Shown here in pieces: positions 60,428 through 60,482 of a DNA stretch of 60,482 bases (positions are counted from its first letter, which is position 1; the number at the start of each line of letters is the position of its first letter). The DNA is taken from positions 1 through 60,482 of the forward strand of contig CAYUWH010000003.1 of NCBI GenBank assembly GCA_964448615.1, in the 5' to 3' direction. The DNA is from an uncultured Candidatus Peribacteria bacterium (lineage in GTDB: Bacteria; Patescibacteriota; Gracilibacteria; Peribacterales; Peribacteraceae). The position numbers were made by a program, and so were the translations under genes. The notes beneath the pieces are model-generated. The model had not been told where the DNA came from. It saw nothing but the letters and a program-made list of their open reading frames with translations, and did not search any database.

Positions 60428-60482
60428 TATGACCAAGCGCGCTCTTATTACAGGCATTACCGGCCAGGACGGTTCCTATTTG
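60428..60482 (+). CDS. gmd: GDP-mannose 4,6-dehydratase, second copy (5' fragment at window edge)
   Basis: MTKRALITGITGQDGSYL matches the N-terminus of the gmd at 55864. Confidence 0.7.

Overview
This is a 60.5 kb bacterial window of moderate GC content. I cannot assign a taxon from sequence alone, though the gene content resembles an uncultivated lineage. I found no rRNA, CRISPR array, transposase or integrase.

Layout:
1. 1-5.7 kb is housekeeping: rpmH (missing from the ORF track), a PduO-type adenosyltransferase, pheT, a SAM methyltransferase and tRNA-Ser(GGA).
2. 5.75-14.6 kb is the stand-out locus. Five tandem ~290-300 nt structured ncRNA genes sit on the + strand. Each has its own TTGACA-N17-TTCAAT-like promoter and its own intrinsic terminator. 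They are followed directly by a reverse transcriptase (QGSPASP and YADD motifs), a 1076-aa Walker-A (AAA+-like) protein and a 650-aa HExxH + vWA protein. Each ncRNA has a 9-nt 5'/3' closing complement followed by an unpaired G, a conserved 5' scaffold whose hairpins show compensatory changes between copies, and a unit-specific 3' arm. This is a retron-like msr/msd layout, but with five different template-like modules serving one RT. I do not recognise this as a described architecture.
3. 14.6-19.6 kb is housekeeping: a GGQ/RF-1-domain protein, NUDIX hydrolase, rpmB, an M50 protease, a DUF218 protein, tRNA-Thr(GGT), sufU and sufS.
4. 19.7-60.5 kb is a very large glycan/cell-envelope locus. It holds about 14 glycosyltransferases, three DegT-type PLP enzymes, rfbB, wecB, two gmd copies, asnB, an ABC exporter, acetyltransferases, FkbM and C-methyltransferases, GtrA and a large polytopic membrane protein. 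It is interrupted at 56.8-59.0 kb by a compositionally mosaic RelE/antitoxin + HTH + HD-like island.

Several intergenic gaps carry unusual inverted repeats built from short tandem words.
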